IMG/VR virus record: IMGVR_UViG_3300026549_001031
DNA: 64,000 bases
Reading direction: 5' to 3' (one strand)
From: a virus
Lineage: Duplodnaviria > Heunggongvirae > Uroviricota > Caudoviricetes
In this document: piece by piece, positions 48,065 through 56,204 of the stretch
Layout: each line of letters starts with the position of its first letter
Position numbering within the stretch: the stretch's first letter is position 1
Notes under the pieces: model-generated
Databases searched by the model: none
What the model was told of the DNA's origin: nothing
What the model saw: only the letters and a program-made list of their open reading frames with translations
Made by a program: the position numbers and the translations under genes

Positions 48065-48146
48065 GCTGCATGTCCGGGTGGTGAGGGAGCGGTCTTGAAA
48101 ACCGTTGGATGTAACAGTCTTGCAGGTTCAAATCCTGTGTGCAGCG
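48065..48146 (+). tRNA. tRNA-Ser(UGA)
   Basis: gcggt-CTTGAAA-accgt, long variable arm, G73. Confidence 0.88.
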
Positions 48147-48177
48147 CTAGCATGTTTAATCATGCAAAATAGAATAT

Positions 48178-48265
48178 GTAGTTGTACTCAAGAGGTTTAA
48201 GAGGATCCCCTGCTAAGGGATTAGGTCAGTAAAATGATGCATGGGTTCGAATCCCATCAACTACG
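48178..48265 (+). tRNA. tRNA-Ser(GCU)
   Basis: GTAGTTG/CAACTAC, atccc-CTGCTAA-gggat, long variable arm. Confidence 0.93.
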
Positions 48266-48267
48266 CT

Positions 48268-48346
48268 AGGTGCTTTTGGTTCTTACAGCAATTTTTCAGG
48301 CATAGACTTTTAATCTATAAACCATACAGAATCATGTTTAGCACTT
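48268..48346 (+). ncRNA. YUACAGCAAU-module RNA carrying a tRNA-Lys anticodon stem-loop
   Basis: aggtgct/agcactt outer stem; tggttc-TTACAGCAAT ... gaatca-TGT; ataga-CTTTTAA-tctat inside. Confidence 0.7.
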
Positions 48347-48351
48347 AAAAT

Positions 48352-48423
48352 GTGGGTATAGTACATCGGCTAGTACGCTAGTCTTCCACACTAGATAAAC
48401 GGGTTCGATTCCCGTTACCCACT
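48352..48423 (+). tRNA. tRNA-Gly(UCC)
   Basis: GTGGGTA/TACCCAC, ctagt-CTTCCAC-actag, U73. Confidence 0.93.
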
Positions 48424-48424
48424 T

Positions 48425-48541
48425 AATAAATAATGGAGTACATGGGGTTGCCTGGCAGGGCTGAACGGTTCAACTCCGTCTCGAAGTGTGGTACACATAA
48501 GATATAAAAGCAGTTCAAGTCTGCTCGCTTCATTGTTTATT
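48425..48541 (+). ncRNA. tRNA-derived RNA with two T-loop arms
   Basis: 15-bp terminal stem; acgg-TTCAACT-ccgt and agcag-TTCAAGT-ctgct. Confidence 0.6.
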
Positions 48542-48547
48542 TAATAT

Positions 48548-48629
48548 CTCTTCATAGCTCAAGGGTGGAGTACCCGTCAGTTGATTAGATTCAATCGGGT
48601 GGTTGCAGGTTCGAGTCCTGCTGAAGGGA
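48548..48629 (+). ncRNA. tRNA-like RNA with extended anticodon arm
   Basis: CTCTTCA/TGAAGGG acceptor, normal D and T arms, cccg-tca-gttga-TTAGAT-tcaat-cggg arm. Confidence 0.7.
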
Positions 48630-48669
48630 ATTCAAGCATCATATCAGATGATGTTTGAAAATTAAATAT

Positions 48670-48743
48670 GCCGACATAGCTCTAATTGGTAGAGCGAGAG
48701 CCTTGTAATCTCTAGGTTGTCAGTTCGAGTCTGACTGTCGGCT
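48670..48743 (+). tRNA. tRNA-Thr(UGU)
   Basis: GCCGACA/TGTCGGC, CTTGTAA loop. Confidence 0.9.
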
Positions 48744-48790
48744 CTCTTATCTCAGATCGCTCAATGAGATAAGAATCCTTTGTATAACTT

Positions 48791-48835
48791 AAAAGGTGCC
48801 ATGCATTACAATTTATGTGGTGTGTGGCACTTTTT
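48791..48835 (+). terminator. terminator of tRNA array
   Basis: aaaaggtgccatgcattaca/tgtggtgtgtggcacttttt. Confidence 0.8.
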
Positions 48836-48897
48836 ATGTTGTTATACATAGAAAATGTACATCTAAAATATAATAAGAGTATTTTATTTTTTAATTT

Positions 48898-49305
48898 ATG
48901 TTTGGAGGAAAAGAGCGAGTGTACATTGAGAAAAATTTGAATCCTAGTGGAAAAAAGACTTCAGACTGTGCTATTAGGGCGGTTGCAGCTGCTACTGATC
49001 AGTCATGGGATAAAGTTTATATGGACTTAGCTAACACAGGTTTTCAACTTAAGAAGGAAATGAGTGACGTTGATACAGTAGATAGGTACTTAACTAGTTT
49101 AGGGTTCATCACAGGTAAGATTAAGGTGGCTAAGGGGCAGCATAGACCGACAGTAGAGGGCTTTGCTAGAAATAATCCTGACAAGGTAGCAGTATTGAGA
49201 GTAGCAAACCATTTAACATGTTGTGCATATGGAAATTATGTAGACATATGGGATTGTGGAGACTGTTCTGTTTATAAATACTGGTACAAGGAGTTAAGGG
49301 GGTAA
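48898..49305 (+). CDS. conserved phage-type hypothetical protein
   Basis: NP.GK.TSDCAIRA...HLTC...DIWD motif. Confidence 0.7.
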   Translation: MFGGKERVYIEKNLNPSGKKTSDCAIRAVAAATDQSWDKVYMDLANTGFQLKKEMSDVDTVDRYLTSLGFITGKIKVAKGQHRPTVEGFARNNPDKVAVLRVANHLTCCAYGNYVDIWDCGDCSVYKYWYKELRG

Positions 49306-49310
49306 TATAC

Positions 49311-49496
49311 ATGATTAGTTCACCTTGTTATGGTTGCACTGAGCATAATGAATTTTGTCATAGCATTTGTGGAGAGTACTTGGACTATGTAAAAGAAAAC
49401 GAGAAAGTGAAAAAGGAGAGGGCAAAGGCTCTTCAGTTCACAGGCAGACACTTTTACAAGGCAACAAATGGATATTGGAGAGAGCATGCAAGATAA
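49311..49496 (+). CDS. small Cys-rich hypothetical protein
   Basis: PCYGC...CHSICGEY zinc-binding pattern. Confidence 0.65.
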   Translation: MISSPCYGCTEHNEFCHSICGEYLDYVKENEKVKKERAKALQFTGRHFYKATNGYWREHAR

Positions 49497-49714
49497 GAAG
49501 TGTACATATAAAAATAAAAGAAATAACAGTAGTGAAAAGAGAAAACACTATGATTTCAGTGTGTTTAACAACTATAAATGTGATGGACAGTTGAGTTTTG
49601 AGTTTAATCAGGGAGATGTAAAGATTGTTGAGGACAAATGAACATATGATTGACTTTTCACGTCATTTATGATATAATTAAATTTAAGAAAATAGATTTA
49701 GGAGGACAGTTAAA

Positions 49715-50524
49715 ATGGTAGATGCACGTAGAGTAGGATACAGACTTGCTGAAAGAATTGCCGCTAACTTAAATGCATTAAGCAGTCATGGAAAGGACGA
49801 CCTGCTTGGAAATGTAGTTGCAGTGCTTAAGAGAACAGATTATGGACTTGGTTCACCTGAAGAGGGCAACAGTGCATATTATGTGATCTTCAATGACAGT
49901 GCATTAGCATGCAACTCAATGCAGCGTTTTGGTGCTAAAAGATTTGACGATGACATTGTGTTTGTAAGTGTAAGTGAATTCGTCGATAAGGTAATGCATT
50001 GTGACTTCACATACTTGCAGCTGATGAACAGAAGTGAGATCATATATCAAACTGAGGCATATGATAATTTAGTTGATGAGGTCATTGGAGTTATGAATGG
50101 GGTTAAGTATGCTGAAGATCAGATACTGTTTAGCAGATTCATGATTTCAAAATTAGCAGGGCTTTGCTACGGGGTTAAGAGCAACCTTGATAAAGAGAGC
50201 AACCTTGATAAAAAAGGTGAACTTACAAACAATGTAAAATACATGGTGCAGTCAGCATTGTATAGTCTTGACAGAACATATGTAAACAGAAGGGTATCAC
50301 TGGCAATTGGAAAGGATACACTTATTGATAAGCAGTTTGGTTGTGGCGAGATCAAAACAAAGCAGGACTTAAAGCAGCTTTTAGAGGCAGTGCTTAAAGA
50401 TTATGAGGACGTTATTAAAACCTCGAATGAATACATTGGGAATGTGGAAAACATTAGAACACTGCATATTAAAGTGGCAAATACCCTTGTATTTTATTAT
50501 GAAGATGTCTTAAGAAAAAGTTAA
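49715..50524 (+). CDS. hypothetical protein, possibly degenerate nucleotidyltransferase fold
   Basis: own promoter and AGGAGG RBS; RTDYGLGSPEE region loosely mirrors GSxxYG of the downstream NTase. Confidence 0.6.
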   Translation: MVDARRVGYRLAERIAANLNALSSHGKDDLLGNVVAVLKRTDYGLGSPEEGNSAYYVIFNDSALACNSMQRFGAKRFDDDIVFVSVSEFVDKVMHCDFTYLQLMNRSEIIYQTEAYDNLVDEVIGVMNGVKYAEDQILFSRFMISKLAGLCYGVKSNLDKESNLDKKGELTNNVKYMVQSALYSLDRTYVNRRVSLAIGKDTLIDKQFGCGEIKTKQDLKQLLEAVLKDYEDVIKTSNEYIGNVENIRTLHIKVANTLVFYYEDVLRKS

Positions 50525-50543
50525 AAACAGGGGTGGTAGAAAA

Positions 50544-51518
50544 GTGTTAACAGCTAACTTAAATAAAAGGTTCTGTAGGGATACAGGAACAAGCATTGCA
50601 GTGTTTATTGATCCTTATTTTTCAGAGAGAATCAAGTTGCTTGGACTTGAGGAAAAGTACATGGACTTTGAGAAAATGATCAATGAACAGTTTGGAGGAA
50701 TTGAACAACAGTACTTTGAGTATTGTGAACAGGTAGAAAAAGAGGTTCTAGCATTTCTAAAAGATAGTGAGTCACTAAAAAGTTTGCAGACTTGTGATAT
50801 GAGCAAGTATAAAAATACTTTTAGCATTCCTAGTGGAAATGTTTACAAGGGTGACAACATTGGTAAAAAGTACATAAGCATTGATATGGCTAAAGCAAAC
50901 TTCAGTGCATTAGTTCACTACGAGAAAGAAATTGGAATGGACAGTGCAGAAAAGAGTTTTGGACAGTTATGCGGATATGATTACAATAAGTTTATTGATC
51001 ACTTCACAGATAATAAGTTTGTTGCAGAGTCAAAATATGTGAGACAGTACATTTTTGGTCACTGCTGTTCAAAGAGAGTTGTCAACTATGAAAAATGGAT
51101 TATGGGTACAGTAATGGATAAGTTACCTGCCAGTGCAGTAAATAAGGTAGTTACATTGAATAATGATGAAATCATTATTGATGCAGGGGACTTAACATTA
51201 GAAGAGGTAAATGGTCTTAGAATATTAGTTGAACAGCTTTCAGAAGAAATTGTACCATTACATTTTGAATACTTTACACTGAAAGGTTTCTATGGCACAG
51301 AGCAGAAAGTGTTTATGAAGCAGTTCATTGATGAGAATGGACAGCAGAATGGGTACAAGTTAGCATGTAATAATTCAATTGATACAGTGTTCATTGAGAA
51401 GTATTTGCATGGAATTGAAATTACAGACAATGACTTGGTGTTCAACTGTCAGTATGGTTTAGCAAAATTGCTTAAAGTTCCAGAAGCATACACGAAAGGA
51501 ATCAAAAATGTTCAATGA
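50544..51518 (+). CDS. hypothetical protein with polymerase-palm-like motifs
   Basis: YISIDMAKANFSAL, SKYVRQYIFG, NNDEII. Confidence 0.6.
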   Translation: MLTANLNKRFCRDTGTSIAVFIDPYFSERIKLLGLEEKYMDFEKMINEQFGGIEQQYFEYCEQVEKEVLAFLKDSESLKSLQTCDMSKYKNTFSIPSGNVYKGDNIGKKYISIDMAKANFSALVHYEKEIGMDSAEKSFGQLCGYDYNKFIDHFTDNKFVAESKYVRQYIFGHCCSKRVVNYEKWIMGTVMDKLPASAVNKVVTLNNDEIIIDAGDLTLEEVNGLRILVEQLSEEIVPLHFEYFTLKGFYGTEQKVFMKQFIDENGQQNGYKLACNNSIDTVFIEKYLHGIEITDNDLVFNCQYGLAKLLKVPEAYTKGIKNVQ

Positions 51519-52569
51519 GAAATACAGAGAGTTGCTTGAGGGAAGTGAGTATGACTTCTTAAGAGAACACAATAGACTTGGTAAAAAATTAATGATGCTT
51601 GTGGTAAGTGGTAGTAAGGCACATGGAACTGATACACCTACTAGTGATACAGACATTAGGGGTGTGATGGGCAACAGTGTGAATGAACTTGTGAAAGTTG
51701 AAAAAGACTTTGGTACTTTCATTGAAAAAGACACTGATACTTGTATTCATACATTTGATAAAACCTGTGATCTTATGCTATCGTGTAACCCTTCAATCAT
51801 GGAAATGTTTGGATGCAGGGATGAAGAAATCATCTATTATGATAAGCATGGAAAAATGCTGATGGACAATTATGATAAGTTCTTAAGCATTAGGGCAGTG
51901 AGCAGCTTTGGTGGATTTGCTAATGCACAGTTTAACAGAATGAAGCACAGCTTAATTGCAAATGGGCAGAATCCTGATGCAGAGTTAGAAATGCTCAAGC
52001 ATAGTTTAGAAAATGCAATGACAGCGTTTAATGCAACTCATCAGGGAACAGCAATTGATGTACAGATCAGAATGGTAAGTGATCAGGAATTAAAGAGAAT
52101 TCATCCTGAAATTAAGACAACAAGCGAATATGACAAACATCACATTTTAGTTAATGGACACTTTAATGAAGCAGATGTCACTGATTTTAAGACAGTAATT
52201 AGTGAGTTACACAAGATTCAAAGTGAGTATGGCAAGTTGAATAAAGAGAATACAAAGAAAACAGATATTAAGCTTGCTAAACATATGATGGACCTGGTTT
52301 ATATTTACCTTGTTGGGGCAGATCTGAACAGTGGAAAAGGAATGATTACTTACAGAGAAAAAGAGCATGACATGCTGATGGATATTAGGAACATGAAGTA
52401 TTTAACACCAGATGGGTTGAAAGTAAAATCTGACTTCTATGATTTGCTGAATGACATTGAAAAAGAATATATGTATACAGCTAAAAATTGTGTATTACCT
52501 GAGAAACCTGACTATGAGGCAATCAGTGATATGAAAAGACAGGTTTATTTAGATATGCTAGCAGGATAG
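51508..52569 (+). CDS. DNA polymerase beta superfamily nucleotidyltransferase (RlaP/YcgL-like)
   Basis: SGSKAHGTDTPTSDTDIRG, NPSIME, KLAKHM, LPEKPD. Confidence 0.85.
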   Translation: MFNEKYRELLEGSEYDFLREHNRLGKKLMMLVVSGSKAHGTDTPTSDTDIRGVMGNSVNELVKVEKDFGTFIEKDTDTCIHTFDKTCDLMLSCNPSIMEMFGCRDEEIIYYDKHGKMLMDNYDKFLSIRAVSSFGGFANAQFNRMKHSLIANGQNPDAELEMLKHSLENAMTAFNATHQGTAIDVQIRMVSDQELKRIHPEIKTTSEYDKHHILVNGHFNEADVTDFKTVISELHKIQSEYGKLNKENTKKTDIKLAKHMMDLVYIYLVGADLNSGKGMITYREKEHDMLMDIRNMKYLTPDGLKVKSDFYDLLNDIEKEYMYTAKNCVLPEKPDYEAISDMKRQVYLDMLAG

Positions 52570-53059
52570 AAAAAGAAATAAGCATAAAAGAATTGAGATA
52601 GCACTATATGTGACAAATGCATATGGTGCTATTTTTGTTACATATAAGATTAAAAGAGTGATGCATAGGTGATTTTTTAACAATGCATGTATAGATAGGC
52701 AGTATGAAAAATCAACTAAGCAGTAAGGTTAAATTCTACAATTTTGCAAAAAGTAAATATTAAATGATAAATGGAAAGATAATGAATTGTAACTTCAGTT
52801 CTCTGCTGAAAAATTACAGTAGTAGCAGTAAAACGTGAAATCAACATGGAATAAATGCTAGGACTGACAGTGCGAAAAATTTGGGTGAACAGTGGGTCAA
52901 AAATTGGGGTATGCATTGGTTCTAAAAATTTATGGGAAATAAAAGGGTCAAAATAGGGTTGGAAAGAGAACGAGAAAAGTGTGTTAATTGTGTATATAAT
53001 TTGAAAAATTGAGACAAAAGATTGGGCAATCAGTAAGAAAGTTTAGCATATACATGAGT

Positions 53060-53091
53060 AGGCACCTACTCATAGGAGGAAGTAGGTGCCT
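53060..53091. terminator. stem-loop downstream of SASP gene
   Basis: aggcacctact/agtaggtgcct inverted repeat. Confidence 0.55.
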
Positions 53092-53157
53092 TGTAATTTG
53101 AGGTTTTTATCTTTTGTAAAAGATAGTTGGATTTATCTTTTGTAAAAGGGGCTTGTG

Positions 53158-53340
53158 TTAGATATTAGACTTAGCCTTGGAAATCATTTCCTTGATCATC
53201 TGTCCTCCTACTCGACCTGCATCTTTTGCAGTTAAGCTTGGGGAAGTTAAGTCAATACCTAACTCGTTTGCAACTTCATTCTTAAATTTATTGAGATTAG
53301 ATTTCATCTCCTGTGAAAATTCGTCTGTACGTCTTGTCAT
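53158..53340 (-). CDS. alpha/beta-type small acid-soluble spore protein
   Basis: LNKFKNEVANELGI...LTAKDAGRVGGQMIKEMI; AAGGAG RBS on minus strand. Confidence 0.93.
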   Translation of the reverse strand: MTRRTDEFSQEMKSNLNKFKNEVANELGIDLTSPSLTAKDAGRVGGQMIKEMISKAKSNI

Positions 53341-53451
53341 GGTTAAATTACTCCTTTCTTAATAAAGATAAAAATTTTGATGTTGCAGTATTATTATATG
53401 TAGTATAAATAAAATTATTTTAGTAATTTTTGGCTAAATAGGAGGTAAGGC

Positions 53452-53790
53452 ATGGGCGAAAATAATGAGACATTAAGGAAAGAAGAAAAAGACATAGGGG
53501 AGTCAGAGGTTAAGCACGAGAAGAAGAAGTTGACGCCTGAAGAGGAAATGGAGATCGTCAGGAGAGTAAGGGTACAGACACGAAGTGAATATGCTGGCAT
53601 GGTGAGCAATAAGAGTTCATATAATGTGAGTAGCATTGCGATTATGTTCGTTGCAGTACTGGTATTATTTATGCTTGCTAAATATATTATGACTAGCACT
53701 AGAACAGGTGGAAGCAAAGTGGAGAATCAGCAAACTACAGAGCAAAGTTCAGATAGAACAGATTCAGGTAGGGTGGACAGTGATGATTAA
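53452..53790 (+). CDS. single-pass membrane protein
   Basis: AGGAGG RBS, one TM helix. Confidence 0.65.
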   Translation: MGENNETLRKEEKDIGESEVKHEKKKLTPEEEMEIVRRVRVQTRSEYAGMVSNKSSYNVSSIAIMFVAVLVLFMLAKYIMTSTRTGGSKVENQQTTEQSSDRTDSGRVDSDD

Positions 53791-53815
53791 AGGCAAGGCA
53801 GTGGAGGAAAGATAA

Positions 53816-54121
53816 ATGGCAGAGGTTTACTCAGGTATTGAGAGGTTTATGTTTGCAGATGCATATAGTTTATTTCTTAAATACAGAGATATGAAAGATA
53901 TAGACAGTGAATGGGAACAGCTAACACAGGATATAAGTCAACTCACTATGAAGTACAATCAACATAGGTTAATAATGTGTTTAACAATGGCAGTTGCAGA
54001 ACAACTTACTCATAAAATAGAAGATGCACCAATAAATGGTTTATCACATGAACAATGGGAAACAGTTTTGAAAGATAGTCATTATATGTCAAAATTTATG
54101 CCTATTCAAAGAAAATTTTAA
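53816..54121 (+). CDS. hypothetical protein
   Basis: GGAGG RBS, 101 aa helical. Confidence 0.65.
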   Translation: MAEVYSGIERFMFADAYSLFLKYRDMKDIDSEWEQLTQDISQLTMKYNQHRLIMCLTMAVAEQLTHKIEDAPINGLSHEQWETVLKDSHYMSKFMPIQRKF

Positions 54122-54129
54122 TTTATTTG

Positions 54130-54158
54130 TTGACAAAATATGGGAAGTAGTATATAAT
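54130..54158 (+). promoter_or_regulatory. sigma-A promoter of DUF2828 operon
   Basis: TTGACA-17-TATAAT. Confidence 0.88.
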
Positions 54159-54225
54159 AAATATTGTTGAGAGGTAAGGAAGTAAAGCAACAAGTTGTTT
54201 GAGGATTCTTACTTCGAAACATTGA

Positions 54226-54293
54226 AACTGGTGTACTTACAGCAATCTTTTATAAAACATTTCAGGGTAAAGTTTTTATAGTACACTGTAGTT
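54226..54293 (+). ncRNA. YUACAGCAAU-module RNA, leader copy 1
   Basis: aactG-gtgtac-TTACAGCAAT ... gtacac-TGT-agtt. Confidence 0.75.
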
Positions 54294-54295
54294 AA

Positions 54296-54360
54296 GTTTG
54301 AGGTGCCTACAGCAATTTTTAAATCACATTAGGCATGTATGAAATGTGCACCTTGTAAAC
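54296..54360 (+). ncRNA. YUACAGCAAU-module RNA, leader copy 2
   Basis: gtttG-aggtgc-CTACAGCAAT ... gcacct-TGT-aaac, abutting RBS. Confidence 0.75.
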
Positions 54361-54374
54361 AGGAGGAAAACAAA

Positions 54375-55859
54375 ATGGGTTTAGGATCAGCAATCAGAGA
54401 AGAGGCGTCATGGGGAAAAACGACCAATGGTGCAGATGCAAGGGTAGCAACTGGCAGTGCTTTGCTTGATATGTTTGGACGTGCAGGAGCAATGCGTGGA
54501 GCAGATGAGATTGATAAGCAGATTATGATCTCACAGGCATTCAAGGAAAATGCAGACTTCGCAGTGAAGTTATTGTTCTACACGAGAGATGTTCGTGAGG
54601 GCTATGGTGAAAGAGATACCTTCCATACCATGTTAAGATGGCTTGCATTTGAATCAAAAGAGTCAGTGGAGAAAAATCTCTGGGCAATTCTGGAGTTTGG
54701 AAGAGCAAGTGACCTTTATGCACTTGTTGGAACACCTGCAGAGGATGCAATGTGGGAGTTTATGAGAAATCAGTTCGAACTCGACTACAAAAACATGCAG
54801 GCAGGTAAGAGTATTTCACTACTTGCAAAATGGATGGCTTCGCCTAATTCAAGAACAGCTAAGAAAAAGCAGCTTGGTAAACTGACAGCTAAGGCACTTG
54901 GCTACTCATACAAAAATATGAGAGAGCTTAAGCAGAAAATCAGTGCAATGCGTAAATACCTTGATCTGCCTGAAGTAAAAATGGCAGCAGGCAAGTGGGG
55001 CGAGATTGAGTACAGTACTTGCGCATCGAAAGCACTTCTGTATCACAAGAATGCATTTGCAAGACATGATATGCAGAGATGGCAGGAATACCTGGAGTCA
55101 GTTAACAAGGGCGAAGAGAAGATGAATACAGGCACTTTGACACCTTGTGACATTGTTGCAAAATACAATGACCTGTCTAATGTAGACAAGGCATTGGAGA
55201 CAATGTGGGATAACCTTGAGGATGTAAACGATGGCAATGTGCTTGTAATGGCAGATACATCAGGTTCAATGTTCCACAATCATTTTGGAGGATTAAGACC
55301 TATTTACGTGTCAGTTGCATTGGCAATTTACTTTGCTAAGCATAACAAGGGAGACCTCAAAAACTTGTTTATGACATTTGAGAGTAATCCTCACTTCATT
55401 GAAATTAAGGAGGCTTCACTGTTTGATACAATTCATGCAGTAAAAAAGGCAGAATGGGGCAATAGTACAAACCTTGTGAAAGCATTTGATAAATTGCTTG
55501 AGGTCTGTGTTAAAGGTGGTGTGTCACAGGAAGATATGCCTAAAGCAATCCTTGTTGTTTCTGATATGCAGATCAATTCAGCATCAAGTGCTTGTGATGG
55601 GGAGGGTCGTATCAGTTTCTTTGAAAGCATGTCTAAGAAATATGAGAAGGCAGGATACAAAATGCCACAGCTTGTATTTTGGAATGTAAATGCAAAGAGA
55701 GCAACATTCCATGCATCAAAAGATGATGCAGGAGCATCCCTTGTAAGTGGATTTTCAGTGAATGTGTTTAAGCAGGTCATCGAATGTATTGGTTCTACAC
55801 CATACGAGTTGATGATGAGCATTCTTGAATCCGAGAGATACAAGGACATTGTTGCATAA
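54375..55859 (+). CDS. DUF2828 family protein (TROVE/Ro60-like helical domain + vWA)
   Basis: TTNGA...TGSALLDMF, FYTRDVREGYGER, SLLAKW, MIDAS DTSGSM, WGNSTN, SDMQI, FWNVN; AGGAGG RBS at 54361. Confidence 0.88.
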   Translation: MGLGSAIREEASWGKTTNGADARVATGSALLDMFGRAGAMRGADEIDKQIMISQAFKENADFAVKLLFYTRDVREGYGERDTFHTMLRWLAFESKESVEKNLWAILEFGRASDLYALVGTPAEDAMWEFMRNQFELDYKNMQAGKSISLLAKWMASPNSRTAKKKQLGKLTAKALGYSYKNMRELKQKISAMRKYLDLPEVKMAAGKWGEIEYSTCASKALLYHKNAFARHDMQRWQEYLESVNKGEEKMNTGTLTPCDIVAKYNDLSNVDKALETMWDNLEDVNDGNVLVMADTSGSMFHNHFGGLRPIYVSVALAIYFAKHNKGDLKNLFMTFESNPHFIEIKEASLFDTIHAVKKAEWGNSTNLVKAFDKLLEVCVKGGVSQEDMPKAILVVSDMQINSASSACDGEGRISFFESMSKKYEKAGYKMPQLVFWNVNAKRATFHASKDDAGASLVSGFSVNVFKQVIECIGSTPYELMMSILESERYKDIVA

Positions 55860-55944
55860 GTAACAATAAGAAGATTGAATATGCATCAGTTGATAAAACT
55901 CAACTTCAGTGTTTTACCAACTGATGCATTGAAAATAAAAATAT

Positions 55945-56078
55945 GACGATGTAGCTCAGCTGGTAGAGCACCTGGAATATATTTTTGTGATTCATGTTGT
56001 TTATCTGTGAATCCTACAGCAATCATTTTTAAATGTTGGCAGCCAGGGGGGTCATAGGTTCGAATCCTATCATCGTCA
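55945..56078 (+). ncRNA. tRNA-like RNA with 67-nt anticodon-loop replacement containing permuted YUACAGCAAU module
   Basis: GACGATG/CATCGTC acceptor, GCTC-AGCTGGTA-GAGC D arm, CCTGG/CCAGG stem, ATAGG-TTCGAAT-CCTAT T arm. Confidence 0.85.
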
Positions 56079-56162
56079 CTGACATGCATAGTAGTGCATG
56101 CATGTCATTGTCCTTAGTTTTTGTGCAGTGATTTTGTAGGATAAAGTCGTTGCAGTGATCCA

Positions 56163-56204
56163 GAAAAGAGCCCTCAGGTGGTGGTGTACCTGAGGGCTCT
56201 TTTC
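56163..56204 (+). terminator. terminator of DUF2828 operon
   Basis: gaaaagagccctcaggt/acctgagggctcttttc perfect 17-bp inverted repeat. Confidence 0.85.

Noticed and set aside
52570-53050. Long purine-rich intergenic tract as ncRNA or origin
   Set aside because: Only short repeats (gggtcaaaa twice) and no convincing helices or phased array; similar tracts at ~21990-22230 and ~36015-36320 were also left uncalled.
54339-54374. Upstream ATG for DUF2828 given by the ORF track
   Set aside because: Lies inside module copy 2; AGGAGG at 54361 supports ATG 54375.
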